Below are positions 17,471 through 27,331 of a stretch of DNA of 47,430 nucleotides, one piece after another. Position 1 is the stretch's first letter. Every line of letters starts with the position of its first letter. The stretch lies in UHGV virus genome UHGV-0334146; one strand, written 5' to 3'. A program made the position numbers and the translations under genes. The DNA comes from a virus. The notes beneath the pieces are model-generated. The model did no database searches. It was not told the origin of the DNA and was given only the letters and a program-made list of their open reading frames with translations.

Positions 17471-18070
17471 ATGGCTACCTACATCAAGTTTCTGGCAGGG
17501 GACTACGGGAAAGAAGAATATATTTACATTAAAAATAAAAACAAGTTGCGTTGCTCTTCAAAAATGTTTGGAGCAAAGGAACTTTTTCTTTCCAGTATTG
17601 CCTCTTGCGAAGTAGCCAATGAAGAATCGGTCAAAAAGCTCGGCGGAACTTTGGGAGGCGCACTTGTCGGCGGCGTCTTGCTTGGAGGCATCGGAGCGGT
17701 TGCGGGTGCGGTAGCTGGAGGCAAGACGACTGAGTCTACCGTCATTATTGAGTTCAAAAATGGAAATAAGGCATTGGCAAAGGTGAATAGCCCCATGATG
17801 GAGGTTATCCGCGCACACCTTTTTGATGACCAATTGGCCCAAGAGCGTGGAGAACCAAACCCGCTTATACATCATGAACGTTCTCAGACGCCCCCTAAAA
17901 AAATTGCCCTTATCATTGGAGTGCTGATAACAGTAGTGCTAGCCGTATTGTGGCTGAGTTGTGCCCTCCAAACGCCGCCCAATACGAATGGGGCCTTGTT
18001 ATGGGGAATCCTCACTATCCTTTCCGGACTGTATTCTTGGAAAATCTATAAGAAAATATATAAATCTTAA
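17471..18070 (+). CDS. Glycine-zipper membrane protein (moron)
   Basis: 199 aa. GxxxG repeats (LGGTLGGALVGGVLLGGIGAVAGAVAGG) plus two C-terminal TM helices. About 40% GC against a genome GC of roughly 60%. TATAAT at 17451-17456 and RBS AAGGGGGA lie upstream. Confidence 0.55.
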   Translation: MATYIKFLAGDYGKEEYIYIKNKNKLRCSSKMFGAKELFLSSIASCEVANEESVKKLGGTLGGALVGGVLLGGIGAVAGAVAGGKTTESTVIIEFKNGNKALAKVNSPMMEVIRAHLFDDQLAQERGEPNPLIHHERSQTPPKKIALIIGVLITVVLAVLWLSCALQTPPNTNGALLWGILTILSGLYSWKIYKKIYKS

Positions 18071-18105
18071 TATATTAACTTGAATCCGAACAGGGAGAGA
18101 GGACC

Positions 18106-19176
18106 ATGGATTTTTCGGAAAGAATTGCTGAATTGTCGAAAAAGGTAAAGAATCTGGGAGATAGCCTCAAGACCGAAGAGGCCACGAAAAACGCCTTGGT
18201 GATGCCTTTTATCGCGGCCCTGGGATACGACGTTTTCAACCCTGCGGAAGTCGTGCCCGAATTTTCAGCCCCCATCGGCGAATATAAGGACGCCCGCGTG
18301 GACTATGCGATTCTTGTGGACGGCAAGCCTATCCTTCTTCTAGAGTGCAAGGCTTTGGGCACGTCTCTCGACATGAAGCACTGCAACCAGCTACAGCTTT
18401 ACTTCCACGGAACGGAAGCCCCTATTGCCATTCTGACAGACGGCAACCGCTACCGGTTCTATTCCGATCTTGAAACTGCCAACAAAATGGACAGCAAGCC
18501 CTATATGGAGTTCGTCCTTGACGATATGGACGAAATGCTGCTCCCGGAACTGCGCAAACTGGCAAAGGGCAAGTTTGATCGGGATGCCTGCATGAGCGCG
18601 GCAAACGAACTCAAGTACAACCGAGAGTTCAAACGCCTCATGTCCGAACAAATGGAAAAGCCGCACGAAGATTTCGCGCGCTTTTTCATCGGCCAGACGT
18701 ATGATGGACGTATCACGCAAAACGTTCTGGATCGCTTCACTCCAATCCTTACCGCTGCGCTTGACCAGTTCATCAACGACCGCATCAACGACCGCTTGAA
18801 AAATGCCATGACGCAGCAGAAACCGGAAATTGTAGAGATAGAGTCCGAAGATACCCCACAAGGAAAAGAGCAGGATTCGCGTATAGTCACCACCGAGGAA
18901 GAAAAAGAGGCGTATTACCTTGTCAAATCGCTTCTGATGGGCACCGTTGATCCGGGGCGCGTAGCCATGCGGGACAGTATCAGCTACTGCTCCATCCTTC
19001 TTGACGACAACAGGCTCAAGCCTCTGTGCCGCCTGTATTTCAACGGAAAACAGTGGAGGGTCGGACTGTTTGATGGGGAGAATAAGGACGCAAAGGAAGA
19101 CATCGAAAAACTGGAAGATATTATCCCCTTTGCGGATCGAATCCGGGCTACGGCCTTGAAATACGATAACAAGTAA
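18106..19176 (+). CDS. PD-(D/E)xK nuclease-fold protein with an HSDR_N (type I R-subunit N-terminal)-like domain
   Basis: 356 aa. EEATKNALVMPFIAALGYDVF…VDYAILVDGKPILLLECKALG parallels the EcoKI HsdR …FADYVLFVGLKPIAVVEAKR motif (D…E-x-K). Low GC. RBS GGGAGAGAGGACC precedes the ATG. Confidence 0.6.
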   Translation: MDFSERIAELSKKVKNLGDSLKTEEATKNALVMPFIAALGYDVFNPAEVVPEFSAPIGEYKDARVDYAILVDGKPILLLECKALGTSLDMKHCNQLQLYFHGTEAPIAILTDGNRYRFYSDLETANKMDSKPYMEFVLDDMDEMLLPELRKLAKGKFDRDACMSAANELKYNREFKRLMSEQMEKPHEDFARFFIGQTYDGRITQNVLDRFTPILTAALDQFINDRINDRLKNAMTQQKPEIVEIESEDTPQGKEQDSRIVTTEEEKEAYYLVKSLLMGTVDPGRVAMRDSISYCSILLDDNRLKPLCRLYFNGKQWRVGLFDGENKDAKEDIEKLEDIIPFADRIRATALKYDNK

Positions 19177-19527
19177 AACTTTCCAACGTGGCGTTGCCCG
19201 CCAATGATGAAGAACATCCAGATGCGGGCAATGCCACTGCTTTTCTCTTTACATTTTCCGAGTTTTGTGCTGTCTTTTGTGTACGGGCTTCAGAACCCCG
19301 TAGGCGGACAAACGCCACCCGATAGCATGGCGCTTTTTTATGCCCTTTTTCCAAAGTCAAGAGTTTTTCTTGGCTGTCTTTTGGGCTATTATTGCATCCA
19401 ATGTTTGCCGGGTGTGGCGGATATGTCCAAGCGAAAGCTAAAGGCCGCCAGCGGTTCCTACGCCGTTCTGAACACCCGGCGCTTTCTATTTCAGAGAGTG
19501 TAATTCAGACAATGTAGGAGTTGCATT

Positions 19528-20448
19528 ATGGAAATGGCCCTAATCTTCAACGAATTTATCTTCACGCCTGTCACTCACCAAAACAGTCTCTGGATTCGTT
19601 CTTCTGAATTGGCTAAAGCACTTGGCTATTCCGACGACCGCAAGGTTGGTGTGCTCTATGCCCGACATAAGGATGAATTCTCCAATAATATGAGCGTGGT
19701 TCTCAATTTGAGTACCACGGATGTACCCGCTATGAATCGCATCTTTTCCCTTCGCGGTTGCCATTTGGTTGCGATGCTAGCGCGTACTCCTATTGCCAAG
19801 GCCTTCCGCAAGTGGGTGCTAGACGTCATCGAGCAGTACGGCGACAGGGTGCCAGTTGAAAGCCCTGTGACGCTCAACGATGAGCTGATCAGTGCGGCGG
19901 AACGTGCCGAACTCAAGCTCATCGTAGACGCCAAGCTCTCAACATACCCCGCCGCCGTGCAGGGCAAGGCCCGCGCCGAGATATGGGCGAAGCACAACCG
20001 CCATTTCCGCATCGCGGAATACAGCCAGCTCCCGGCCCGGCTTATGCCCGAGGCCCGCGAGTTTCTGCTTTCCGTCCGCGTCCGCGCCATCAATGCCATA
20101 CCCACGGCGGAATCCGCGATCCCGTACCCGTCGCTTCCCGTCGCATCGTCACTATACCGCGACCGCGTGAGGGAGCTTGAACGGCTCGAACAGGATTGGA
20201 TGGAACTTGCAGTCCTGATCCGCGACCGCGCTTATGGACTGGAACGAGACTTCCGCCGAGTGACGCAAGGAACGTATCCCGAACTGCTCCGGCATGTATC
20301 GCCATCCGGGAAGACGCCCGTTGACGCGCTTATCCAGCTCATGACAGCCCCAACCTACACCGCCCGGCAAAACCTCGAATCCGCGCTTGATGATATGCGT
20401 CTTGCCATCCGTGCCGCGAAGACCGCGAACAGGTTGATGCTAGGGTAA
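19528..20448 (+). CDS. BRO-N domain protein (antirepressor-like)
   Basis: 306 aa. The N-terminal FIFTPVTHQNSLWIRSSELAKALGYSD… is a Bro-N signature. RBS GTAGGAG. Confidence 0.65.
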   Translation: MEMALIFNEFIFTPVTHQNSLWIRSSELAKALGYSDDRKVGVLYARHKDEFSNNMSVVLNLSTTDVPAMNRIFSLRGCHLVAMLARTPIAKAFRKWVLDVIEQYGDRVPVESPVTLNDELISAAERAELKLIVDAKLSTYPAAVQGKARAEIWAKHNRHFRIAEYSQLPARLMPEAREFLLSVRVRAINAIPTAESAIPYPSLPVASSLYRDRVRELERLEQDWMELAVLIRDRAYGLERDFRRVTQGTYPELLRHVSPSGKTPVDALIQLMTAPTYTARQNLESALDDMRLAIRAAKTANRLMLG

Positions 20449-20503
20449 TCCTTGGCAAGCCTACATGAATCATATAAGACTTTACCAACGGAGGGATTCC
20501 CCC

Positions 20504-20815
20504 ATGCTGCTGTTCGATGATGGGAAAAAGCTTGAAAAGGCCGTCGGCGAGGAAGCCGCAAAAGCCATCGTGGAAGTACTGGAACGCTTTGACGAGAGTC
20601 AAAGGAACGCCAGTGCTACCAAGGGAGATCTGCGCGAAACTGAACTGCGGTTGCAAAAAGAAATTCGGGAATTGGACCTGAAAGTGCAAGCGGAGATCGA
20701 AAAAATTCGTGCTGAAGTGTTGAAGGTCAAGTATGATCTTTTGAAATGGCAAATTGCCATAGGGTTTGCCCTTGTCGCAGTTATGGCCAAGGGCTTCGGC
20801 TGGCTCGGATTCTAA
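20504..20815 (+). CDS. XhlA-like coiled-coil membrane protein
   Basis: Trimmed to M14 (RBS GGAGGGA). Coiled-coil N-terminus and a C-terminal TM (WQIAIGFALVAVMAKGFGWLGF). Confidence 0.45.
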   Translation: MLLFDDGKKLEKAVGEEAAKAIVEVLERFDESQRNASATKGDLRETELRLQKEIRELDLKVQAEIEKIRAEVLKVKYDLLKWQIAIGFALVAVMAKGFGWLGF

Positions 20816-20838
20816 TAAAGAAAGAATATCGTAGAAAA

Positions 20839-20872
20839 GGGGTGGCTTTAAGAGCCGCCCCTTTTTGTTTTT
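20839..20872 (+). terminator. Strong intrinsic terminator
   Basis: GGGGTGGC-tttaaga-GCCGCCCC followed by TTTTTGTTTTT, with AAAA upstream. Confidence 0.65.
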
Positions 20873-20915
20873 CTGCCTCTCCCTTCTGTTACTGATGAGT
20901 TAAAAAAGATAAAAC

Positions 20916-20961
20916 TTTTTTTGAAAAAATTGTTTATTTTTTCAAAAAATGGTGCTATTGT
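20916..20961 (+). promoter_or_regulatory. Promoter with a 13-bp inverted-repeat operator upstream of the three-gene moron
   Basis: TTTTTTTGAAAAAA-ttgttta-TTTTTTCAAAAAA (two mutually inverted AT palindromes), then TGcTATTGT as a -10-like element, then RBS AAAGGAGAAG and the ATG at 20994. Confidence 0.45.
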
Positions 20962-20993
20962 ATTTTCAACGAAAGGGTAAAGGAGAAGCCACC

Positions 20994-21497
20994 ATGAAGC
21001 TGTACCACGGAAGCATGATTGAACATTTGGCTATCTCTAACTCAGGAACAGGGTTAGGGTATAACTTCGGAGCGATGTTCTTTGCCCGCACGTATGGAAC
21101 AGCAAAGGGATACGGAGATTACGTCTACCAGTGCGAAGTAGACGTCAAGGATATCTTTTTTACGGAAGACCTTCCGTATCTTGATGACGGTGCTGCGGGA
21201 ACGGCTCTACGTGAAATTATGGAAGAGCGCGGGATAGACGAAATCCATTTTGATCTATGCTGGCAAGCCGTGGTTTCGGAAGAACTGGACTTTCAAGAAC
21301 GAGGAGACTGGGCAGACCTTCTCGGAATGGACGAGGACGACGCGGGTTGGGAGGCTCAGGCCATGCGTATCGCCTTTGCCCGTAAGTTGGGCTTCAAGGC
21401 TGTTGGAATGGATGACGAATGTGGAAGTATCGCGGTTCTTCCCGAGTTCATAAAGCTGGAAGCGTCAACGGAGGCAGACGATGAAGAGGAAGACTAA
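20994..21497 (+). CDS. Small acidic protein; possible minimal PARP-like (H-Y-E class) ADP-ribosyltransferase
   Basis: 167 aa. The N-terminal MKLYHGS…NFGAMFFARTYGTAKGY…YVYQCEVD resembles the PARP catalytic H-G-S, Y-x-F-G-x-G-x-Y-F-A and Y…E elements. The C-terminal 50 aa are highly acidic (…EASTEADDEEED). About 45% GC. The fold assignment is an inference. Confidence 0.45.
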   Translation: MKLYHGSMIEHLAISNSGTGLGYNFGAMFFARTYGTAKGYGDYVYQCEVDVKDIFFTEDLPYLDDGAAGTALREIMEERGIDEIHFDLCWQAVVSEELDFQERGDWADLLGMDEDDAGWEAQAMRIAFARKLGFKAVGMDDECGSIAVLPEFIKLEASTEADDEEED

Positions 21498-22872
21498 GAT
21501 AGACATCGACGATCTTATCGATTTCAGTTCAAAGCTGGTGAACTCGAATTCCAGCATCGGTATTCGCTTGTCGTCGGGTGCCGCGCTCTCCCTTCCGTAC
21601 CTGTCCACGAGGACATGTCTTGCGGCAGGGATTTCTATGCCGCTGGATACGGCAAACGGGGCCAAGGATGTGGGAAAGGTAAGTGCTCTATACAAGACAC
21701 TCGAAGAGGGGGAGGAAGGAGAGAAAGCAGATACAGAGGCGGCATTGAAGAAAATCCGTAAAACAGGATTTGCCAGAAAAACAGAGTCTGTCGACAGACG
21801 GATTCGTCAACTGCTCATCCCTAAAGACGTACCCTCTGGGTATGTCTCTTTGTCTCCCCTCCCCTCCATTGGACTTTCCGTTTTGCTGTTAGGAGCCGTT
21901 ACAAGGCATAATCAAGATGTCTTTTCAAAAAAGAAGGAAGGTATCAAAATTCGACGGGCACATCTCGCTTTGGGCGGGGCAAACCCTCAGAATCTAGGAT
22001 ACGCTGCGTCCAAAAAGGCGATACAATATCCTGTTTTTCTTTCTACACCCAAATCCGTGCGCGGAAATGCCAGCCGTCAGGCGTCAGGAAAGGGAACTTA
22101 CCTGATCCTTTCCAATCTCTTTGTGCAAACGGCAAACATCTTGACGAATTATACTATGCTCAACGGCGCGCCCCTCTTTGCAGCATGGGGGATGGGACAT
22201 GCACTGGAGCGCGAGATGCATGGTCCCAAAGTTACCGGAGTATGCCTTGTTGTGCATAGCATCGAACCCCTTGGGGAGCATGAAACCGCTATTTTCGAGC
22301 CTAGCCAAAGATTAGGAGCGGCTTTTACTTTTGAAAAATCCCGTAACGGGAGCGACTACGCAAAAGGCTCCACACATCTCTCTTTGCAGCCCGGTGCAAC
22401 GGGGCATATACGGGTGAGCCTTATCTTTGAACTGTCGGAAGCCCTGCATTCCGTACCGAACGCCGTGGATCTTTTCTTGAACTTCGGAAAGTTCTCCGGT
22501 GGGCTGATCACTTCATACGACGCCCCGGCTTTGCATGATGACCGCTCTACGCTTCTAGAGTGCATTCCCGCCGGGAAAGTTGTTTTGGATCGGCGCGACG
22601 TTATGAGCCCTGGAAACCCCATTGAACAGCTTGTAACCGCGATAGGAACGTACAGCGGAAAATGGCTGTCCGCAACGAATATCGGTTTTTCAGCAATCAC
22701 AGACTTTCAAGTTCGCGGAGGGGCACGGAACGGGTGCCTCCATGCTTTTGCGGAGCCGCTGATCGGCATTACAGAATACGTCTCTACTGAAAAGAGGATA
22801 CACGGGTATTTCTGGCGCAGCCAGTGGGAAGAAGATAGCTTTTTGATGAGGGGAGATTCAACAAATGAATGA
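21481..22872 (+). CDS. Hypothetical 463-aa protein with no recognisable domain
   Basis: It overlaps the preceding gene by 17 nt and the following gene by 8 nt, which indicates translational coupling. Low GC. No Walker, HTH or nuclease motifs were recognised. Confidence 0.55.
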   Translation: MKRKTKIDIDDLIDFSSKLVNSNSSIGIRLSSGAALSLPYLSTRTCLAAGISMPLDTANGAKDVGKVSALYKTLEEGEEGEKADTEAALKKIRKTGFARKTESVDRRIRQLLIPKDVPSGYVSLSPLPSIGLSVLLLGAVTRHNQDVFSKKKEGIKIRRAHLALGGANPQNLGYAASKKAIQYPVFLSTPKSVRGNASRQASGKGTYLILSNLFVQTANILTNYTMLNGAPLFAAWGMGHALEREMHGPKVTGVCLVVHSIEPLGEHETAIFEPSQRLGAAFTFEKSRNGSDYAKGSTHLSLQPGATGHIRVSLIFELSEALHSVPNAVDLFLNFGKFSGGLITSYDAPALHDDRSTLLECIPAGKVVLDRRDVMSPGNPIEQLVTAIGTYSGKWLSATNIGFSAITDFQVRGGARNGCLHAFAEPLIGITEYVSTEKRIHGYFWRSQWEEDSFLMRGDSTNE

Positions 22873-23086
22873 TGCACAAGAAAAAAAGCAGGGGGGACGC
22901 CGTAAAGGATCTGGACGTAAAAAAAAGGTTGAAAATCGTGCAACAGTAAAGACTGTATCTATGCCGGATCATGTCTGGGAACGGCTGAACGATGTATGTA
23001 CGGATAGGGGTATCCTACGCTCACAGGTAGTACGGGAAGCAGTCGAGATGTGGCTGGACGCAAATATACAGCAGCTTGGAAAATGA
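22865..23086 (+). CDS. Ribbon-helix-helix (CopG / ParD-like) DNA-binding protein
   Basis: 73 aa. A basic N-terminus is followed by …TVKTVSMPDHVWERLNDVCTDRGILRSQVVREAVEMWL, a classic RHH β-α-α pattern. Confidence 0.6.
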   Translation: MNDAQEKKQGGRRKGSGRKKKVENRATVKTVSMPDHVWERLNDVCTDRGILRSQVVREAVEMWLDANIQQLGK

Positions 23087-23099
23087 CGCCTGACTACGT

Positions 23100-23140
23100 A
23101 AAGAAAGCCCCAACCGCCTGTTTAACGGTTGGGGCTTTCG
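23100..23140. terminator. Bidirectional intrinsic terminator between the moron and the capsid gene
   Basis: AAAGAAA-GCCCCAACC-gcctgtttaac-GGTTGGGGC-TTTCG. Confidence 0.65.
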
Positions 23141-23159
23141 CATGGAGGGAAGGATGGGA

Positions 23160-24173
23160 CTAGGCTCCAGTCATTTGCGCAAAGGCAAAGGGCATGAGCA
23201 CGATACCGCCGTAGGTGGTGCCGACGAACTTCTGACGGAAGCTGGACAGGTCGGGCACGACGCGTCCAGCACGCATCTTTTCTCCGAAGGCCAGCGTGCC
23301 GGATCGCTGCCCGTTCACTTCGGGGGCGATGAGGAACATGGTTTCCCCGGCGGTCATGCTGTGCAGCTCGGGGACGGTCACGATGTCAATGCGGGTGAAG
23401 TACCGCTTCAACATATCCAGCACGGACACGTTGAAATCGGTAGCCGCGCCGAGGCGAACGGCCAGTTCGGGGGAGAGGCAGAGCTTGAGGGGCGTGTCTT
23501 TGTCAATAAGGCCGCTGGACTGCTCGGAAAGCTGTGCGAACAGGGCGAGGACGTCGTTGTAGATTTGCACCGTGGTCTTGTCGGCCCATTTCGTGGAGCC
23601 GCCCGTGCCCGTGGCCCCTGCGGTGATCGCAGCAGGGAGGTTCGGATCGTTGAGGATGCCGTAGATTTCCTTCCCGGCGACGCCGAGCAGGTAGAAACGG
23701 TTCTGGTCGATGTCGATGACGTTGGCGGCCGCACGCTGCTTGGAGGCAGCGAGGTTGACTTTCGCCGTGCTCGACATGTCCACTTCAAAGTCTCCGTAGG
23801 TGATGGACGTCTGGAAGACGTACTGCACGCGGGTTTGCCATTCGGAGTTCACGCCCGAAGTCGTGCCGTTGGCATAGTCGGAATACGGCTCGGTCTTTCC
23901 GGTCATTTCGTCCACGCGCCACTTCATGTACGGGGTCGTCCAATCGCCCTTCTTCTCTTCACCGAAGATTTCACGGGCGCGCCGGGGCGCGGTCAGGATT
24001 TCGATGACCATCGGGTCGATATACGCCAGAAGCTCGGCGGGGACGGTCGTGTTCGGAGTAGTGATGAGCGCGGCGTCCTGCGCAATGCGGGCGCGGTTCT
24101 CCGGAGTTGCCCACATGCGGGCGCCCGGGAAGATAAAGCCGTAGCGCTTGGCCTGTTCAAAAGTCGGATTCAT
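23160..24173 (-). CDS. Major capsid protein
   Basis: 337 aa. It is the last gene of the portal→protease/scaffold→capsid operon. RBS AGGAGGTACTAC-ATG. Confidence 0.6.
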   Translation of the reverse strand: MNPTFEQAKRYGFIFPGARMWATPENRARIAQDAALITTPNTTVPAELLAYIDPMVIEILTAPRRAREIFGEEKKGDWTTPYMKWRVDEMTGKTEPYSDYANGTTSGVNSEWQTRVQYVFQTSITYGDFEVDMSSTAKVNLAASKQRAAANVIDIDQNRFYLLGVAGKEIYGILNDPNLPAAITAGATGTGGSTKWADKTTVQIYNDVLALFAQLSEQSSGLIDKDTPLKLCLSPELAVRLGAATDFNVSVLDMLKRYFTRIDIVTVPELHSMTAGETMFLIAPEVNGQRSGTLAFGEKMRAGRVVPDLSSFRQKFVGTTYGGIVLMPFAFAQMTGA

Positions 24174-24183
24174 GTAGTACCTC

Positions 24184-24822
24184 CTACGCTCCGGCGGCGG
24201 CTGCGCCGAGGTTGGTGCGGGCCTGTTCCGCAGTGGTTGCGCCAGTTCCGCCGTTGGCCACGCCGAGCGCTCCGGTGGCGTTGCTGAAATCTTTCTGCAT
24301 CAGGTTCGAGGTGTCGCCGCCGGATCCCGACGCTGCGGCCTGTCCCCAATTGCTGATGATGATCGGTTCCCCGATTTCGCCGGGCGTCTTGACGACCCAC
24401 CCCGTATCGAGGTGCGTGGCGTCGGGGGTCCCGGTGCTGATTGAACCGTCAGCGGTGGAGGCAAGGACAGCCTGCCCCACCGTGGCCTTGGTCGTGGAAA
24501 CGGCCCAATAGTCGCCCTTTACGGCCACGGTGAGGTTCGAGCCTGCCGGGACGGTCAAAGTGCCGTCAGAAAGCAGTTCGTAGTTCACGTAGTTGATGAC
24601 GCGCTCCACGAAGCCGAGCACGGCTGTGGCGGTGCCAGCAACGTTGGTGGCCTGCGTGTTGTCGATCACGCCGGAATCCACGACGGGGAAGACGAAGCGC
24701 CCCACAGGGAGGGCCACCGCCGCCAGAGGGTTGAGCGGGGTGTAGATGCTCTGGTCGGGCGTCGCTTTATCGCCAGCAACGCCGGGAGCGACGGAGAGAT
24801 TGACTTGGGACTGCAAAGGCAT
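24184..24822 (-). CDS. Head structural / decoration-like protein (hypothetical)
   Basis: Trimmed to M41 (strong RBS AGGAGG). Gly/Thr-rich. It sits between the scaffold and capsid genes. Confidence 0.4.
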   Translation of the reverse strand: MPLQSQVNLSVAPGVAGDKATPDQSIYTPLNPLAAVALPVGRFVFPVVDSGVIDNTQATNVAGTATAVLGFVERVINYVNYELLSDGTLTVPAGSNLTVAVKGDYWAVSTTKATVGQAVLASTADGSISTGTPDATHLDTGWVVKTPGEIGEPIIISNWGQAAASGSGGDTSNLMQKDFSNATGALGVANGGTGATTAEQARTNLGAAAAGA

Positions 24823-24832
24823 GGTGTGCCTC

Positions 24833-26548
<1,716 letters not shown>

Positions 26549-27331
26549 CTAGTCTCCAAATTCAGGAATAACGGCCCGGTACGTGCATTGGCACCCCGGA
26601 AGCTCACCGCAAAGCACTTTGCGCTTCACGTCAGAGTCGTAAAGACCTTCCGTGATGACGAACTTTTTCCCATTCATGAGCTGGTGGGTATGGCGGCTCG
26701 TTTTCTTTCCCGGCACATGTACCCAGACGCCTTCGGTGATGCCGAGTTCCTTGTCCTGTACCCGCTTGATGGCCTCGGTCGCCTTGTTGGATTGATCGCG
26801 AGCAATGAATTCGGCCCGGCGCCGGGTGATCTCGTACCGCTTGTGCAGTTCGTCGGCGAGGAACTCCACGTCCCTGCCCATGCTGGCGGAACGCTGTACT
26901 AGCCCCGTTACTTCCGTGAAATAGTGCTGCGGAATGGATTTGATGAGATTGACATTTTCCTCGAAGAGGGCCCGCGCCACGTCGCTCATGGCCCTGCTTC
27001 CCTCCATCCTCACCGTGAAGCCCGCATCTTTGAGGGCCTGCCTCATCCCGGCTTCCGTGCGCCGCCTCGTACTGCCCACGAACTCCCGTGCAAAACTCTC
27101 CGCGCTTTCCCTCCACCGCTTCGTCCAGTACCGGAACAGGCTCTTGAGGCGGTCTTGTAGGTCACTCGCCGGGGACGCATCCTGTGCTATGCGGGTTTCC
27201 TGCTTCCTGTACTCGGCGCGCAGCCACCACACGACGGAACGCTGCATCTCGTCGAGAAGCGACACCAGCCGCTTCCGGTATTTCGCCCGGATGCCCGCGT
27301 TGGGCTTGATGGCGCGGATGACCTTAGCCAT
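26549..27331 (-). CDS. Minor head morphogenesis protein (Mu F / SPP1 gp7-like)
   Basis: 260 aa directly after the portal gene. C-terminal …GVWVHVPGKKTSRHTHQLMNGKKF… resembles the Phage_Mu_F motif. Confidence 0.55.
   Translation of the reverse strand: MAKVIRAIKPNAGIRAKYRKRLVSLLDEMQRSVVWWLRAEYRKQETRIAQDASPASDLQDRLKSLFRYWTKRWRESAESFAREFVGSTRRRTEAGMRQALKDAGFTVRMEGSRAMSDVARALFEENVNLIKSIPQHYFTEVTGLVQRSASMGRDVEFLADELHKRYEITRRRAEFIARDQSNKATEAIKRVQDKELGITEGVWVHVPGKKTSRHTHQLMNGKKFVITEGLYDSDVKRKVLCGELPGCQCTYRAVIPEFGD

Noticed and set aside
19204-19503. 99-aa ORF in the gap before the second Bro-N gene
   Set aside because: No RBS, and a hydrophobic low-complexity translation. The region more likely holds the Bro gene's promoter and leader.
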